Assembly: GCA_964596425.1 (NCBI GenBank)
Contig: CAZQTC010000031.1
Coordinates: 73,830-137,829 of the forward strand
Direction: 5' to 3'
Length of the DNA: 64,000 bases
Source: an uncultured Spirochaetales bacterium
GTDB lineage: Bacteria; Spirochaetota; Spirochaetia; SZUA-6
In this document: in pieces, positions 26,931 to 35,023 of the stretch
How the letters are laid out: each line of letters opens with the position of its first letter
Position numbering within the stretch: position 1 is the first letter of the stretch
The notes under the pieces: generated by a model
The model's input: only the letters and a program-made list of their open reading frames with translations
Databases searched by the model: none
Told to the model about the DNA's origin: nothing
Program-made: the position numbers and the translations under genes

Positions 26931-27650
26931 ATGGATGAATTAATAGCACAAGAAACGTGGACGCCAGAGCAAATAGCTGAAATTGAGAATAGATTATTAC
27001 AGGGAATCTTCGGTTGTCGTTCCTATGAGGCTGTTGAAGCTGCTATGACCTACGCAGCTTTCTTAAACACCGTTGGTTTAACCCCGGAGAACTACCCTGT
27101 ATTTTTAAGAATGCTTGAAATAGAGAATCACTGGGTAATTGATGCTCTGATAGGTGATAAGGATCCATTTTTGTTGTTATCACCTGTTCAGCCAAATAGG
27201 TACATTGTGGGAAAGATATTTGGAATGATGACCAAGTGGCACAAGGGTGGTATCTATCCCAAGAATCTCTCTGTTATCCTTGGTGTATTACAGTCTAATT
27301 ATAGTTCACCGAGGGATGGGTATAGAATTTATCCGTTAAGCATTTCGGATTTGAACGCTCTTGGTAAACATCTTGATAAAGAAAAGGGACAGGACGACGC
27401 TCTTAATAGAACAATACTTGATATACTTGATAAGATTTCCCAGTTGGAGGGTGTTGGTACGGATCCTGAGATGGAAGAGGTTGCAATTCATGCCTCTGCC
27501 ATAAGAAACGCATTCTTTGACGATAGAAAGAGAATGGAAGATGTTATTCCTCCCGTTCTCTTGGTAAAGGCGAGCTATCACGAAAAGGAGGTTGCACCTA
27601 GAAAACGTATTCCTTTGAAAGAAAAACTTAAAAAAGAAAAGGAAAAGTAG
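26931..27650 (+). CDS. Hypothetical protein, paralog B of tandem pair
   Basis: 239 aa; SD AGGAG; shares MLEIENHWV, DPFLLLS, GGIYP, LGKHL, ILDILD with paralog A. Confidence 0.85.
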   Translation: MDELIAQETWTPEQIAEIENRLLQGIFGCRSYEAVEAAMTYAAFLNTVGLTPENYPVFLRMLEIENHWVIDALIGDKDPFLLLSPVQPNRYIVGKIFGMMTKWHKGGIYPKNLSVILGVLQSNYSSPRDGYRIYPLSISDLNALGKHLDKEKGQDDALNRTILDILDKISQLEGVGTDPEMEEVAIHASAIRNAFFDDRKRMEDVIPPVLLVKASYHEKEVAPRKRIPLKEKLKKEKEK

Positions 27651-28736
27651 GTGGAACGGATAGAAAGGTATTCCAAACTCCTCGAGCAGGTTGATTTTGA
27701 AAACGGTGTCACAATCGAGGACCGTACCTATTACGGTCCCGATGATGTTATTAATGAGCTTAGAGAGCTCGAGGAGCTGTATCAGGCATTGAAGGACTTT
27801 GATATTTTGAGCCTATACGATAGGACGATAGCCCATGACGGCCTTCATGATGAGGATATATACGATCATGGGAGGTACTACGCGTACTTCAGCTTTGAGC
27901 TTAAGGGGCAGAGTAGTGAGGAGAAAGAGGAAAACCTTGTAAATGCCCTTGGAGAGATTGTAGAGCGCTTTGGTAAAGAGCGGGTGCTTAAGTACTTTCC
28001 CAACAGGATCAAGGGCCGTCAAGTGACGGAGGATTTAAAGATAAGACCCGAGGATGAGGATTACCCCTCCTACTATTCTCAGTTTAGGATGGACTATGCC
28101 GAGAAGATGGCGAAAGAAGAGGTGCCTGGCGAGGTGCTCTCCAGAATCCGTGATGATCAGGATGCTATTTTAGATCGCTACGATTGGAATGCGATATATA
28201 TTGCGGATACGGATGGGGAATTGATTGAGGTTTGCGGGGATGTATATCTGGTTCCTCGGGATAAATTGGAGAAGGTATCCCTCTATGCGAGGCTTTGGAA
28301 TGAACTGATTGATAAGGGAGAAGAACATTTCTATGAGTTTTCCATAGCAACGGATGGTGAGTACCCCAAGGATGAGAATAATCCCTATGGGAGGTACTAT
28401 GCCTATGTAAAGTTGGAGCTTAAAGGCCTTAGCGATGAGGGGAGGGTAAAGTTTTTAGAGGAAAACCTTTCGGAGGATATAGTTAAGGGGCTGGGAATTG
28501 ATGAGGTCTCTAGTATTTTCCCTAAGCGGATAGACGGAGACCTTGTTACGCAGCCGTTAACGATTCGTCCCGACGAAGAGGAGTTTCCTTCTCATTTTAA
28601 TGAGAAAAAGGTAGAGCAGGGTAGAAAGCGAGCTTATAAACAGGTTCTCTTTAATATAAGAGCAGAGATTGTGGAACGACTCAAGAGAATCTTGGGGGAA
28701 ATCAAAAAGGCAATTATCTTGGAACAAACTGAATAA
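27651..28736 (+). CDS. Hypothetical acidic protein built of two internal repeats
   Basis: 361 aa; GRYYAY..ELKG..FP.RI.G..VT..L.IRP occurs twice; GTG start abuts the previous stop. Confidence 0.8.
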   Translation: MERIERYSKLLEQVDFENGVTIEDRTYYGPDDVINELRELEELYQALKDFDILSLYDRTIAHDGLHDEDIYDHGRYYAYFSFELKGQSSEEKEENLVNALGEIVERFGKERVLKYFPNRIKGRQVTEDLKIRPEDEDYPSYYSQFRMDYAEKMAKEEVPGEVLSRIRDDQDAILDRYDWNAIYIADTDGELIEVCGDVYLVPRDKLEKVSLYARLWNELIDKGEEHFYEFSIATDGEYPKDENNPYGRYYAYVKLELKGLSDEGRVKFLEENLSEDIVKGLGIDEVSSIFPKRIDGDLVTQPLTIRPDEEEFPSHFNEKKVEQGRKRAYKQVLFNIRAEIVERLKRILGEIKKAIILEQTE

Positions 28737-28763
28737 TTAAAACTATTAGGAGGAGGAAAGAGC

Positions 28764-29072
28764 ATGGATATTGATCTCGAAAAAAATGGTGATACTGTAA
28801 AAATGATAATTGATGGAAATATTGATACGGATGGTGGGCATCAGCTCTCGGTAAAAATTCAGGAAATAATGGAGATGGATGATGTAATGCATGTTATATG
28901 TGATATGACGACGGTTAAGACGATTACTTCATCTGGTATAGGGAAATTGATGAATTTTTATAAATTTATGGATTCTAAAGGTGGAACATTCGAGATAAAG
29001 GGAATCTCTGATAACCTTTACAAGCAGTTTATGGAGATCCATCTTGACAGAATCTTTCCCATAAACAAATAA
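28764..29072 (+). CDS. STAS-domain anti-sigma factor antagonist 1
   Basis: 102 aa; IDGNID, ICDMTTVKTITSSGIGKL; SD AGGAGG. Confidence 0.88.
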   Translation: MDIDLEKNGDTVKMIIDGNIDTDGGHQLSVKIQEIMEMDDVMHVICDMTTVKTITSSGIGKLMNFYKFMDSKGGTFEIKGISDNLYKQFMEIHLDRIFPINK

Positions 29073-29083
29073 GGAGGAATTCC

Positions 29084-29905
29084 TTGAATCATATAGTAAC
29101 GAGTTTTCGAAATCATAAAGGTGAGAAACTCTTTTATCACTATTGGGAAGAGTCCAGTAAGAGTTATAACAAAATAATTGTACTATTACACGGTATCTGC
29201 TATCATGCTGGTTCTTACCCGTACCTGATTCCTGCCCTAATATCGAAAGGATTTAAGGTGTACGCCTTTGATTTTCAGGGGTTTGGTAAGAGTCCGGGTG
29301 ATAGGGGAGATATAGACAATTTTAAGAAGTATGTGGATGATTTGGAGTCTTTTAGGCGGATGATAAAGGGTAGGGAGGGTTACAGAGAAATAATATTCCT
29401 CGGACATTCTCTGGGAGCAAACGTTGCCCTTGCATACCCTTTAAGGTATCCTGAAAATCCTGTAAGAACGATTTTTGCCTCATTGCTCCTCTCTTCCCCG
29501 CTGATTGATAGTGCTGTGAAAGAGGAGGGTTCTCCCATTGATGTTACTCTGGAAGATTTTGTAACGGATAAGGCACGGGTAGACTCTCTTATGGAGGATG
29601 AGCTTGTTGTGAAGCAGATTTCCAAGCGACTTCTTCAGTTTATTGACAGCTCGAATAGAGAGGTTATGGAGAATCTTGATAAATTGAAAGATGGAAAGTT
29701 TCTCTTTCTCCATGGGGAGTTTGATAAAATATCCTCTGTGGACGCTGTCGAAAAATTATACGAGAGATTGGAGTGTAAGAGGAAAAAACTTGTAACCTTC
29801 CCAAGGATGTTGCATGACATCTTTGCAGAGAAGAGGAGAGAACAGGTGTTTAATGCCATTGCTCTGTGGTTGAGCGAGACGGAATTTGAGCATAAAGCAC
29901 CTTAA
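29084..29905 (+). CDS. Alpha/beta hydrolase, lysophospholipase (PldB-like)
   Basis: LLHGI, DFQGFGKSPG, GHSLG, GEFD, HDIF catalytic triad. Confidence 0.9.
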   Translation: MNHIVTSFRNHKGEKLFYHYWEESSKSYNKIIVLLHGICYHAGSYPYLIPALISKGFKVYAFDFQGFGKSPGDRGDIDNFKKYVDDLESFRRMIKGREGYREIIFLGHSLGANVALAYPLRYPENPVRTIFASLLLSSPLIDSAVKEEGSPIDVTLEDFVTDKARVDSLMEDELVVKQISKRLLQFIDSSNREVMENLDKLKDGKFLFLHGEFDKISSVDAVEKLYERLECKRKKLVTFPRMLHDIFAEKRREQVFNAIALWLSETEFEHKAP

Positions 29906-29938
29906 CAGTTTGATTAAAACGACTGAGAGGAGAGGGAT

Positions 29939-30250
29939 ATGGATCTTGATATTGTAATAGAAGATGATACTGTGTATTTTAAAGTTTCGGGCCCGATAGA
30001 TACAGAGGGAGGTTCTGAACTGACGAATAAGTTTATGGAAATAGCCAGTGATGAAACGATAAAGAATGCTGAGTTCGATCTGAGTGAGGTACCAACTATT
30101 ACAAGTGCCGGTATAGGAAAGCTTTTGAGGTTTTTCAAACACTTCGACAAGCTTGGTGGAAAGATGAAGATAAAGGGTATCTCAGATTCACTTAAGGAGC
30201 AGTTTGCAGAAATCCATCTTGATCAGATAATCCCCGTAGAGGATAAGTGA
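29939..30250 (+). CDS. STAS-domain anti-sigma factor antagonist 2
   Basis: 103 aa; VSGPID, FDLSEVPTITSAGIGKL; paralog of 28764..29072. Confidence 0.88.
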   Translation: MDLDIVIEDDTVYFKVSGPIDTEGGSELTNKFMEIASDETIKNAEFDLSEVPTITSAGIGKLLRFFKHFDKLGGKMKIKGISDSLKEQFAEIHLDQIIPVEDK

Positions 30251-30300
30251 ATCTGTAGGCAGGTTGGATAGTATAGATTTGATAAATACATAGATTAGCT

Positions 30301-30333
30301 AAAAAGGGAGTACGAGTTTGTACTCCCTTTTTA
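30301..30333. terminator. Bidirectional intrinsic terminator
   Basis: AAAAAGGGAGTAC-gagttt-GTACTCCCTTTTTT between convergent genes. Confidence 0.85.
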
Positions 30334-30354
30334 TTTGTTTCGATATCTGTGAGG

Positions 30355-31560
30355 CTATTTCAGTGTGACATCTCTACCGTCTTTTATAACATACAGCGGT
30401 TTTTCATGCTCTGTTAGTGCCTCCCACACAGTAGTTGCATTTAACACCACCAGATTCGCCGGGTTACCCTCTTCTAGTTTGAAGTTTTTAATTCCCATTG
30501 CCTTTGCACCGTTGGTGGTTATTAGATCGTAGAGAATATCCATTTCCTCGAAAGTTGTCATCCACATGAGATGTGCAGCTAAAAATGCTACCTCTAGCAT
30601 ATTGTTTCTGCCGAATGGATAGTAAGCATCCGCTATATCGTCCTGTCCTAAGGCTACACTCACACCCTCGTCGTACAAATCGCGAACCCTTGCGTGTAGT
30701 GGACCCGTCTGAGGGTCGCTAACTATACCAATGTTGGCCTTTTTTAGGAGTGCCACGATTTTTCTAAAGTATGGTTCTGGATACAGTGCCATTGCCCTGG
30801 CATGATGTACCATCACGCGGCCTTCCCATCCCTCTTTGATTGTCTTCACTGCAAGCATTTCCAGTGTTCTAAGTCCCGGATCCCCTGCGTCGTCTATTAG
30901 CATCGAAACATCTCTATCGTATTTTTTTGCAATCTCGAACATCCTGTCTATATGCTCCTGAGCATCGGCGTCGGTGTACTCTATCCATGGAATTCCCCCG
31001 ACGACATCCGCTCCCAATTCCATTGCCTCTCTAACGTAATCCTCGGCCCCCGGGTCTCGTACAACACCATCCTGTGGAAAGGCAACAACCTGTAGCTCTA
31101 CAGAATCTTTAAACTCTTCTCTTGCCTTTATGAGGGCCTTTACCCCCTCCAACTTTGCCTTTGTGTCGGTATCCGCAAAAGCCCTTATATGAGTGACACC
31201 GTATTTTATCGCCAGTTTTGCCGCTTTTCTTACGTTTTCTATTATCCAGCTCTCATCGTATTTCTCCTTTACCTTGGAGGCGAGTTCGATAGCTGTCATC
31301 GCTTTGCCCATCGATCCTCCCTGGTAAGAGGTAAGAGCCTCTTCTCCCACCATAGTAAGGGTGTACACCTTGCATAGATGCAGATGTCCATTTGCAAAGG
31401 ATTCTGTAACGAGCTTCCCGTCGGCGTTAATTGTCTGAGCTGCATCCTCCGAGATGTTCTCTGCGATTTTTTTGATTTTCCCCTCAGCGATTCCGATATC
31501 TACTGTCTTGTTTCCGGAAAATCTTGTCTTGGCATTTTTGATTAGAATATCGTAGCTCAT
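30355..31560 (-). CDS. CodA-like amidohydrolase (cytosine/creatinine deaminase-related) with atypical ligands
   Basis: GHLHLCK, VAFPQDG, VVGGIP, HARAM, GQDD..DAYYPFG, GNPANLVVL; HCDE position reads LIDD. Confidence 0.8.
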   Translation of the reverse strand: MSYDILIKNAKTRFSGNKTVDIGIAEGKIKKIAENISEDAAQTINADGKLVTESFANGHLHLCKVYTLTMVGEEALTSYQGGSMGKAMTAIELASKVKEKYDESWIIENVRKAAKLAIKYGVTHIRAFADTDTKAKLEGVKALIKAREEFKDSVELQVVAFPQDGVVRDPGAEDYVREAMELGADVVGGIPWIEYTDADAQEHIDRMFEIAKKYDRDVSMLIDDAGDPGLRTLEMLAVKTIKEGWEGRVMVHHARAMALYPEPYFRKIVALLKKANIGIVSDPQTGPLHARVRDLYDEGVSVALGQDDIADAYYPFGRNNMLEVAFLAAHLMWMTTFEEMDILYDLITTNGAKAMGIKNFKLEEGNPANLVVLNATTVWEALTEHEKPLYVIKDGRDVTLK

Positions 31561-31603
31561 TTTCTCCTCCTAAAAGTAATATTGTTATAAAGGGTTATTA
31601 AAG

Positions 31604-32557
31604 TTATAAATCAAGCCAGGTAGTAAAATTCTTTATCCCCTGGACGGTGATTTTTGCGGCTTTTTGGGCATCGCGCTTTAAGATGCCAACGCCCTTATTG
31701 AATATTGAGGTTAAGAACTCGTAAATATTGTCAAAAACGTCCGGTACATTGTAAAAAAGTATGGCAAAATCATTTTTTCTCGGTTTTACTATCGTAAATG
31801 ACGAGTAAGATATAATTGGTTTTTTACCTATATATACGGTGTCATGCTTTTTTGTTGTCAGAGTGAATAACTCAGAGAACCTGTAGGGAATGCTCTTGCC
31901 ACTTTCCCGTTGTACTGGTTCTATGTTCTTGAATGGGTAGTTTGCAGGTTCTATTAGAACGTATAATTTGCAACCGGCCGATTTAAAGACCAGTGTGTCC
32001 CCCTCTAACCTTATCTCCTGTACGTTGTCGTATCCCGCGATTTCGAAAATAGAGTAGTTTGTATCCGGTTGAAAGTTGGATGATACGATGTAGCCCCCGT
32101 ATTTGGGTAGTTTCCCCTGCCTATAGGCTTCGAATAGATGAACAGCCTGGAGTTTTTTCTTTCTCTTTGGAGGGGTAATCTTTTCCTTTACTACTTCTTC
32201 GGGTTTTTTTCTTTTAGTGGTCTTTTGTGAGGGTTCCTTTTTAGGGGTTTCTTTCTCAACAGGAGGAATTTCAACTGTTGTAGAAATATCGGATTTTTTC
32301 TTGGTTTTTCTACTTGGCTTTTTCCCTTTTGGTTGGGCTATGGGGGCAACTTCGAGGTTCTCTGATTTCTCTTTGAGTTCTTCGATTGTTTTTTTCTTTC
32401 TCTTTGAGTTTCTACGAAGTTTCTCGAGCGTTTCTATTAGGTCTTCGCATTCCTCTCTTACCCTTTGATCTTTGGAGCTTATACCTCCTCCGTATATTAC
32501 CTCGTACTGCTGGACAATTTCTATTAGACGTTCTATCTGGTTATCAGAGAGCTCCAT
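31604..32557 (-). CDS. Hypothetical protein: N-terminal helical hairpin, Lys-rich linker, C-terminal globular domain
   Basis: Start reassigned to MELSDNQ at 32557 because a consensus promoter overlaps the longer ORF start. Confidence 0.75.
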   Translation of the reverse strand: MELSDNQIERLIEIVQQYEVIYGGGISSKDQRVREECEDLIETLEKLRRNSKRKKKTIEELKEKSENLEVAPIAQPKGKKPSRKTKKKSDISTTVEIPPVEKETPKKEPSQKTTKRKKPEEVVKEKITPPKRKKKLQAVHLFEAYRQGKLPKYGGYIVSSNFQPDTNYSIFEIAGYDNVQEIRLEGDTLVFKSAGCKLYVLIEPANYPFKNIEPVQRESGKSIPYRFSELFTLTTKKHDTVYIGKKPIISYSSFTIVKPRKNDFAILFYNVPDVFDNIYEFLTSIFNKGVGILKRDAQKAAKITVQGIKNFTTWLDL

Positions 32558-32564
32558 AAAAATA

Positions 32565-32593
32565 ATTCTAATCGAAATGGTAAGGTAGGTCAA
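32565..32593 (-). promoter_or_regulatory. Sigma-70-type promoter 7 nt before the ATG at 32557 (leaderless candidate)
   Basis: TTGACC-17 bp-TAGAAT-tattttt-ATG. Confidence 0.65.
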
Positions 32594-32634
32594 ATCATAA
32601 AAATTTTTCCTGATAAATACTTGGGCCTATACCC

Positions 32635-32664
32635 TTGATAAGGATAAGTTGATTGTAATATAAA
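32635..32664 (+). promoter_or_regulatory. Candidate argJ promoter 6 nt before the ATG (leaderless candidate)
   Basis: TTGATA-18 bp-TATAAA-tatcac-ATG; no SD. Confidence 0.45.
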
Positions 32665-32670
32665 TATCAC

Positions 32671-33951
32671 ATGGAAGTTTATGAATCTGAAAGAGAGTAT
32701 TTGAGTGAATTGGAAAAGAGAGCTGTTGTTCCCGAGGGTTTCTTGGTATCAACGGAAAGTTTGAAATTCTATCCTGTTGAACGCGAGGTAAAAGAACCTC
32801 TCAGTATGAATCTATCTTTGATTGTGACGGAGAATCCAACCCCGCTGTTTGGAGCTATGTTTACCAGAAATGCTTTTCCGGGAGCACCGGTATTGATTGG
32901 TAGGGAGAAACTTTCTTCCGAATACTTTAAAGGGGTTATCATAAATAATAAAATAGCAAATGTTAGAGCTCCTGGGGGAGTAGAGGACGCGAAAAAAGTA
33001 CTTGCTGAGCTTTCGAGGCTCTTACAGGAAAAGGAAGATTACTTTTTCCCTTCTTCCACCGGGATAATAGGTTGGCGAATTCCGGTAGAGCAGATAGTTA
33101 AGGTGTTACCCAGGCTTGTTAAAGGGTTAAATAACAATTCCCTGCTTCCTATTGCTAAGGCGATAATGACAACAGATTCTTTTCCCAAACTGAGAAGTGA
33201 AAGGTTGGGTGATGGGATAGTAGTGGGGGTTGCGAAGGGAGCGGGTATGATAGAACCCAATATGGGAACCATGCTCTCTTATATATTGACCGATGTGAAG
33301 GTGGATAGAGAGTTTTTGAGAGATGCTCTTAAAGAATGTGTTGATAAAAGTTTTAACAGAATATCGATAGATGGTGATCAGAGTACTAGTGATACTGTCA
33401 TGTTGATATCTTCCGGAAGGAAGAGTAGTGTCCCCGAGGAATTTTTTTATAGAGGGCTCCTTTCGGTGTGTAGAAAACTTGCCGAGGATATAGTGCGTAA
33501 CGGAGAGGGTGTTGCTCATGTTATAGAGGTTACCGTTAAAGGTGCTGGTAACGAATCTTTGGCAAGAGAAACAGGGAAGGCTATCGTGAACTCTCCCCTT
33601 GTTAAAACTGCTGTTTTTGGCAACGATCCCAATGTCGGAAGAATCGTTGCATCTATCGGGGATTTTCTTGGTAACGAAGGAGTTGCAGTTGCCACTGACA
33701 GGGTTAGGATACTGGTTGGGGAGGAGGTTGTTTTTGAGAGGGGATACTTTAGCCTTGACGCTAATAAGGAGAAAAGACTTGCGGATTACCTGGAGAGATG
33801 CTATATGAATCCCGAGGTTAAGGGGTATCCTGTGCATGGGGAAAAGGTCAGAATAGAGGTCGATCTGGGTATGGGAGAGGGGAAGGCGGTTGTAGTAGGT
33901 GCCGATCTCACCTATCAGTATGTCAAGGAAAATGCTGATTATCGTTCGTAA
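32671..33951 (+). CDS. argJ: Ornithine acetyltransferase / glutamate N-acetyltransferase
   Basis: SSTGIIG, AIMTTD, AKGAGMIEPNMGTML, DGDQSTSDT, KTAVFGNDPN, ENADYRS. Confidence 0.95.
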   Translation: MEVYESEREYLSELEKRAVVPEGFLVSTESLKFYPVEREVKEPLSMNLSLIVTENPTPLFGAMFTRNAFPGAPVLIGREKLSSEYFKGVIINNKIANVRAPGGVEDAKKVLAELSRLLQEKEDYFFPSSTGIIGWRIPVEQIVKVLPRLVKGLNNNSLLPIAKAIMTTDSFPKLRSERLGDGIVVGVAKGAGMIEPNMGTMLSYILTDVKVDREFLRDALKECVDKSFNRISIDGDQSTSDTVMLISSGRKSSVPEEFFYRGLLSVCRKLAEDIVRNGEGVAHVIEVTVKGAGNESLARETGKAIVNSPLVKTAVFGNDPNVGRIVASIGDFLGNEGVAVATDRVRILVGEEVVFERGYFSLDANKEKRLADYLERCYMNPEVKGYPVHGEKVRIEVDLGMGEGKAVVVGADLTYQYVKENADYRS

Positions 33952-34018
33952 TATATAGCAATCTGTAAAACATAGTTTTGGAGAATTTACAAAACTGAGA
34001 GTTAATCATACTGGAAAT

Positions 34019-35023
34019 TTGAGAGGATTACGAGGAAGTGTTATGGGAAAGAAAAAACTCGAAGAGAAGATAAGAGATGCAAGCGCAATGTTAAATAGGT
34101 GTAGAGTGGAGATAGCCAAACGCGTTGTCGGGCAAAAACAGATGATAGATGGTATGCTTATGGGACTCCTTGCAGGGGGACATGTTCTTATAGAGGGAGT
34201 TCCCGGGTTGGCTAAAACCCTTGCCGTGCGTACCCTTGCCGAGGTGATAGATGCTGATTTTAAAAGAATCCAGTTCACTCCGGATTTACTTCCCGCTGAT
34301 TTGATCGGAACTATGATCTATAGACAGCCCACCGGTGAGTTTATCCCTAGAAAGGGGCCGATTTTTTCTAATATTGTGCTGGCCGACGAGATAAACAGAG
34401 CGCCGGCTAAGGTGCAATCTGCCCTCTTGGAAGCAATGGAGGAAAGACAGGTTACCATTGGGAATGACACCTTTAAATTGGATTCTCCATTTTTTGTTCT
34501 TGCCACTCAGAATCCAATAGAACATGAGGGTACCTACCCTCTTCCAGAGGCACAACTTGATAGATTTTTACTTAAGTTAAAGGTTGAATATCCTAATTTT
34601 GACGAGGAATTGGACATATTGAGACTGGCAGGTAGCGGTAAAGAAAAGGATGTAGATAGGGTAATGAAAAAGGAAGATATCAATTCGTTGAAGGAACTGG
34701 TAGGTGAGATAAAGATCGAACCCAGCATAAATGAGTATATAGTTTCTATTGTTTCAGCTACCAGGGGTATTGGGGTAAAGAAGGCGGAATTTATTCGCTA
34801 TATAGAGTTTGGAGCTTCACCTAGAGCATCTATATATCTTCATAGATGCTCTAAAATCAGAGCGCTTTTTGATGGAAGGGAGTTTGTAATTCCAGAGGAT
34901 GTTAAAGCGGTTGCTCATGATGTGTTGAGACATAGAATAGTTCTTAATTACGAGGCGGAGTCTGATGGTGTTATTCCTGAAAACATTATCAACAGTATTT
35001 TGAACTATGTTCAGGTGCCGTAG
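34019..35023 (+). CDS. moxR: MoxR-family AAA+ ATPase
   Basis: EGVPGLAKT, RIQFTPDLLPAD, LADEINRAPAK, ATQNPIE, GASPRA. Confidence 0.95.
   Translation: MRGLRGSVMGKKKLEEKIRDASAMLNRCRVEIAKRVVGQKQMIDGMLMGLLAGGHVLIEGVPGLAKTLAVRTLAEVIDADFKRIQFTPDLLPADLIGTMIYRQPTGEFIPRKGPIFSNIVLADEINRAPAKVQSALLEAMEERQVTIGNDTFKLDSPFFVLATQNPIEHEGTYPLPEAQLDRFLLKLKVEYPNFDEELDILRLAGSGKEKDVDRVMKKEDINSLKELVGEIKIEPSINEYIVSIVSATRGIGVKKAEFIRYIEFGASPRASIYLHRCSKIRALFDGREFVIPEDVKAVAHDVLRHRIVLNYEAESDGVIPENIINSILNYVQVP

Noticed and set aside
18100-30354. Signalling locus as a mobile island inserted between nucleoside transport and deaminase genes
   Set aside because: No integrase, tRNA, att repeats or evident compositional shift; the flanking genes are on opposite strands.
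33127-33837. 236-aa minus-strand ORF and similar long overlapping ORFs (for example 18777..19397, 38112..38636)
   Set aside because: They are antisense shadows of well-supported genes, with no motifs.
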